A stretch of 64,000 bases of DNA from Takakia lepidozioides (Eukaryota; Plantae; Bryophyta), in the NCBI GenBank assembly GCA_030704615.1, contig CM060734.1, forward strand, positions 1,922,001-1,986,000, read 5' to 3'. The notes below the pieces were generated by a model, which was given only the letters and a program-made list of their open reading frames with translations, was not told where the DNA came from and searched no databases. Positions within the stretch are counted from its first letter, which is position 1. Each line of letters begins with the position of its first letter. Positions 59,761 to 64,000 of the stretch are shown here, in pieces. The position numbers were made by a program, and so were the translations under genes.

Positions 59761-60448
59761 CCAAACTGACTCTCCCAAGAACCTTGTAAACATCAGCGAG
59801 GACTTAAGTGCACATCAGCGATAGGGCTTAGTGGGGCTTAGTGCTTCAGGGAAAAAAAAAACATCGCATTGGTCCATGAGAACCACCATGGTGCAGCTAA
59901 GCGAGCAGAGATTGAAACATGACCTGTTAAGACCAAGCTGACTCTCCCAAGAACCTTGTAAACATCAGGAAGAATACCAAATCATGGTACTAACAGGAGC
60001 CAAAAGCCCACATTTGCAGGATGGACAAACTTCTTCACATCCTACATTAAGAAAAAGCCACACCTTGCGACTGCGATTGTCCCACCGTCATGAAGGATCT
60101 GTAAAAAACTCATGCGAGCTCTGCTCCGTGCTGCAAATTCAGGGCCGAGTCTGATGAGAGGGCAAAACAGGCTGAAATAGGTTGAAGAAGAAGGTGCCCT
60201 AACCACATTGTCGTCAACCTTGTGTCATGACCCATGGAGGATTTGACAGACCATGAACCCAAACGGACCTCTTGTGTGTGCTGCTTGTGTCTGTAGTCAG
60301 GTAATGTTGGATTGTCCATGAGAACCACCACGGTGCAGCTGAGCGAGCAGAGATTGAAACGCGACCTGCTAAGACCAACCTGCACGAGGACTTAGATGCA
60401 CAGCAACGATAGGGCTAAGTGGGGCTTAGTGGGTTCGTGCATGAGGGG

Positions 60449-60525
60449 AAAAAAAACATCTCGAGGAGTTTGAACTCGCGACCCCGCGACACACAGAAAG
60501 AGCCCTTACCAGTACGCTACATGCG
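60449..60525 (-). other. tRNA-like Pol III unit (A box, B box, oligo-T)
   Basis: TAGCGTACTGGT ... GAGTTCAAACTC ... T8; a second, weaker unit lies at about 60787-60840. Confidence 0.5.
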
Positions 60526-60929
60526 CACATTTGAAATTCCCCCCCAAAAGTATGTATATATTGTACATACGTGATGGGCAACTTCTTAAGTTTTTTAACC
60601 TTTTCACAAACCCTATAAGCAATTTTATTTTATTTTATTTATTTTAATAAAATTTAAAGGAAACCTCAGGCCCTTGAGGAGGGGGAAAAATTAACTCCAT
60701 TTCATTTATGGGCCATAAGACCTACAGGAGGATCAACACCCAGACATACCGTCGTCAGAAACAATCCCACACATGGGGTAATACATCGGGTTTGAACCCT
60801 GAACCACCAGGGCGACACACTCTGCATTTACCAGCCGATGTGTTTTTTTTTAATCTTTTGCACTTTGATTTTTTTTTTTAAATTCATTTTAGTGGTTACA
60901 AGTGAGTACATAGATGTATTCCATGGAGA

Positions 60930-61266
60930 TAAACAAAACTGTTCATCTGGTGTCTTCACGGTGGATGTATCCCATGGAGTGTTACATGAAAGATCTTAAG
61001 GGATACATTAGGAATTACGCAAAGCCAGAAGGGAGTACGACGCAGGGTATGTTCTGGATGAGGCCATGGGGTTCAGGACTGAGTATATGCAATCATTTGA
61101 TGCAACTCAACGGCGGACTTGGGATGCAAATGCGGAGGAAGGGGTTGAGGATGAGGTCTTCGAAGGTGTCGGCAAAAAGCGGGACATGACTGGAGCTGGG
61201 AGAGATGCAGCACAAATTTTGTATGTGCTGAACAATACCAATGTCATGGCTCCTTGGGTGCAATGA
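60930..61266 (+). pseudogene. CACTA TnpD transposase C-terminal fragment
   Basis: RWMYPMECYMKDLKGYIRNYAKPEGS...EAMGF.TEYM. Confidence 0.85.
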
Positions 61267-62433
61267 GTACTTCTTTTCATTGCACCTTATTCATATCAAG
61301 TTCAATTTCAATTCTGACTGTCACCAGTGTAATCAAACCACCCACAAAGTCACAAATGTCAGTGGTTCATCCTGATTATAACCAATGCTGTAGTAACAGA
61401 ATGTCTGAGTGAGTGACTTGTTGGAAGAGCATGTTCTTTTACAAGTCATTCTGCTCACTCCTCCAGTGGTTTGAAACAGTGGTTTTCAAAGTATCATTCA
61501 TGCTAGGTATTTTTTGCTAAGTAATGCAATACTTCATTGCTAACATGTATCATTCTTGTTGCCATTTTGTGACAAAAAGTATGCAACAGAGAAGGCACAG
61601 TCACAACAGACAGAGAGGCATGTGGTGATGAGTGGCGTGCCAATCGACATCTACCTTATCAGATCAGCCAATACCTAGGTCATTAGATGGTCCCACGGCT
61701 CTAAATAAAGAAGCCCTGGCTATGTTGGCTACCATTCAAGCGGCATTTGTGCAACCAACCGCTATTCCAGTTGAGCAAAGTGATTTAGAGGGTGACGAAT
61801 ATGTTTCAGATTCAGAATAAAGTTTATTGTTGGACAAAGCTGCAACTCCAAGCTGCACAAACCACTTAATGTATCACCCAAAAAGTGGTACCAATCACTG
61901 TTGTGTAGGCAACCACTCATGAGCAACCACTAGCATAGTGGTTCCAATTACTGCAGTATCTTTCACCACCCACTCTCCACCACTGTCAAAGTGGTACAAA
62001 TCAATGAGGTGTCTTTAACCACTCAAGATCAACGTGCACTGTCCCTGGCCGCGTGGAATATTATATTTATAAATTAAAATATATTTTCAAATCATAAATC
62101 ACAAATATTATTTGAATTATTACACGTGGAGTAGTAAGTGGTTTCAACCACTTCCCATCACTGAGGTGTCTATAACCACTCACAATGTACCACTGCACTC
62201 GTCCACGTGGAATATTATATTATATTAATTAAAATGTATTACCAAATAAATTATAATAAACTATTACACGTGGACTACCGAGTGGTTGAAACCACTTCCA
62301 ACCACTGTTTGTGATGCCACCGTGGCATTTCATTGGGATTAACCATTGACAAGTGGTTACTAGTGGTTTATAGAGTGGAAAAAGACAGTATTGGTTAAAG
62401 GGCCAGTGGTTATTCCACGTTTTTCTTCTAGTG

Positions 62434-63070
62434 GTTTGTGCTAGTGTTGTTGTTGTTGATTGTATTGGTGCTTCTTGTTCATGGTCTTGCTCCCACCAAT
62501 TTCGCCAATTGACATTTCATTTGTCTTACTATTACCTTGTTGAGTTTCTTCATTTCCAGATCACTCCCTTCACTCAATCATGATTGGGCCAAGGCTGCGT
62601 CTGCTGCGTCCAACGCTGCTTGCAGTGTTAGCTTCTCCAGCTGCTGCTTCCATTCTTGTTCATTGTTTATGTCAATTTCTCTTTCTGTGGTGGCTGTGAA
62701 CAGCCTACTTTCCGCATTTTCCCTTTCTCTCAGCAGTATGGTATTGCATGATAGCCACTTAGCAGCCTTCAACTGCCCCTTGAGTGTCTCTACCTGCCTT
62801 TTGAGTGTCTCCACCTGCCCCTTGAGTGTCTCCACCTCTGTCTCCGTGTTTCAAGATCGTTCTCTTTCTGCATCGAGGTCGGCTTGGACATGGTGTGTTT
62901 CGTCCCTCTGCTTTTGCCACTTCTGTTCCCACTCGTCTCGGTGTTCTATCGAGGTGTTGTACTGGCGAAGCAAAGTAGTTTGTTGATCCTCTAATGCCGC
63001 AATTGTGACCTCGTGGTTACAACCTGTTCGTGCTGCTGCCAATTCCCTCTGGTGTTTTTCTTTGAGGTGG
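62434..63070 (-). pseudogene. Coiled-coil part of the D accessory ORF
   Basis: Heptad repeats VETLKGQ/VETLKRQ; EQKWQKQRDE. Confidence 0.5.
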
Positions 63071-63073
63071 TCC

Positions 63074-63690
63074 GGGGTTTGCTATTCTATCAGCTATCAG
63101 CCATCAGTCATCAGCCATCAGTGTGACGTGGATGCGCAAACGGCGGCCACATGGCAATATAATTTTTTTTTCTCGGGCTGCCCGTAATTGTATGCTTGGA
63201 TTTGTGAGAAACAATAATGAAAAATGACACGGGATTGTACTGACATGCCACCTTTGGCTGCCGAAGGTGGAGGCTGAGCGGGAGAACATAAAGGTAAAAA
63301 CGAAATAAATGGATGTTAAAATAAAAATAAAACCAACATTGTACTGACATGCACCTTTGGCTGACGAAGGTGGAGGTTGAGCGGGAGAACATAAAGGTAA
63401 AAACGAAATAAATGGATGTTGGGGAAAAAAAAACCAACATGAGATATGAACTTCTAACGTGGAAGAATTATGCACGAACATGGAAGAATTCTACATGTTT
63501 TTTAGCCGTTTTAATCTCTAGCTTGGATTATCGTATGCTACGGAAATGTCCAATGATGCTGGTGAAAAATATATATATTTGTTGGACCTAAGTTGAACGA
63601 AGGTAGCTCTTCTGTCCTTGTATAAGGTATTTTTTCGCTTTTTTGAATGTGATCTGTTAGTCAATTTCAAACTCTAAAATTTATTTATTT
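63074..63690 (+). mobile_element. One-ended MULE-like terminal fragment
   Basis: GGGGTTTGCTATTCTATCAGC plus CATCAGC heptamers, resembling the TIR at 2389; ~104-bp tandem duplication at 63235 and 63339. Confidence 0.6.
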
Positions 63691-64000
63691 CCGGGCAGGT
63701 TCGTTGGGCAGATTGAAATGTTCTTGTTCACCTTCGTTAACCTTCGTCACTGATGGAATTGCGTTGGTAATTGACAGAATAGGAGCTCTCGGGTGGTCCA
63801 TGATCATGGTAAGGTTCTCCGGACTTATGTAATCCTTGGCTCTGTCCATGTAGGCTGTTACTTGGCCCAACGCTTGTACTACCTGCAGAATTGCATTCGG
63901 TGGTGCTTCCTCCAAACCCGTGTCCCATGCTGTTATATCTAGGACCTGCTATGAGAATAATAATTCCAAATTACATTGTCTTGCTGCTGCTGACCTTGTA

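Larger units (their letters stand above)
54339..62433. mobile_element. CACTA (En/Spm) element, non-autonomous, with captured gene fragments
   Basis: TIR CACTAGAAGAAAAA / TTTTTCTTCTAGTG; 3-bp TSD GTT at 54336-54338 and 62434-62436; ACCACT/AGTGGT subterminal repeats. Confidence 0.93.

Overview
Eukaryotic, transposon-saturated DNA with no intact host gene that I can recognise. It is most likely from a seedless land plant, inferred from PLS-class PPR, OSB-PDF, LEA-like and CACTA/MULE/chromovirus content. Target-site duplications (TSDs) resolve most of the nesting. (1) A MULE at 2389-7950 (9-bp TSD) carries two divergent paralogous orphan genes. (2) An APE-type LINE with a 2A-like peptide is split by a chromovirus ('A', 12160-29481, TSD GGCGG) whose 3' end is inverted. 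(3) Two copies of an unusual Ty3/Gypsy-like element are present: 'B' at 18370-28818 (TSD AATA) and 'B-prime' at 36879-51371 (TSD GATA). (4) There are further Gypsy LTRs and gag remnants. (5) A CACTA element at 54339-62433 (TSD GTT) carries PPR/OSB fragments. Family B is the highlight. Its order is Gag-protease-C5 DNA methyltransferase (DNMT3-like, catalytic motifs intact), then an in-frame TAG-CAA-CCA readthrough-type stop shared by both copies, then RT-RNaseH-integrase-PHD finger. It has no LTR pair, only TGTC...GACA-type ends with 4-bp TSDs, and a 5' cargo slot that differs between copies (LEA-like fragments plus an orphan ORF in B-prime). A 500-N gap (42366-42865) and indel-rich sequence around it limit interpretation of about 37-45.5 kb.
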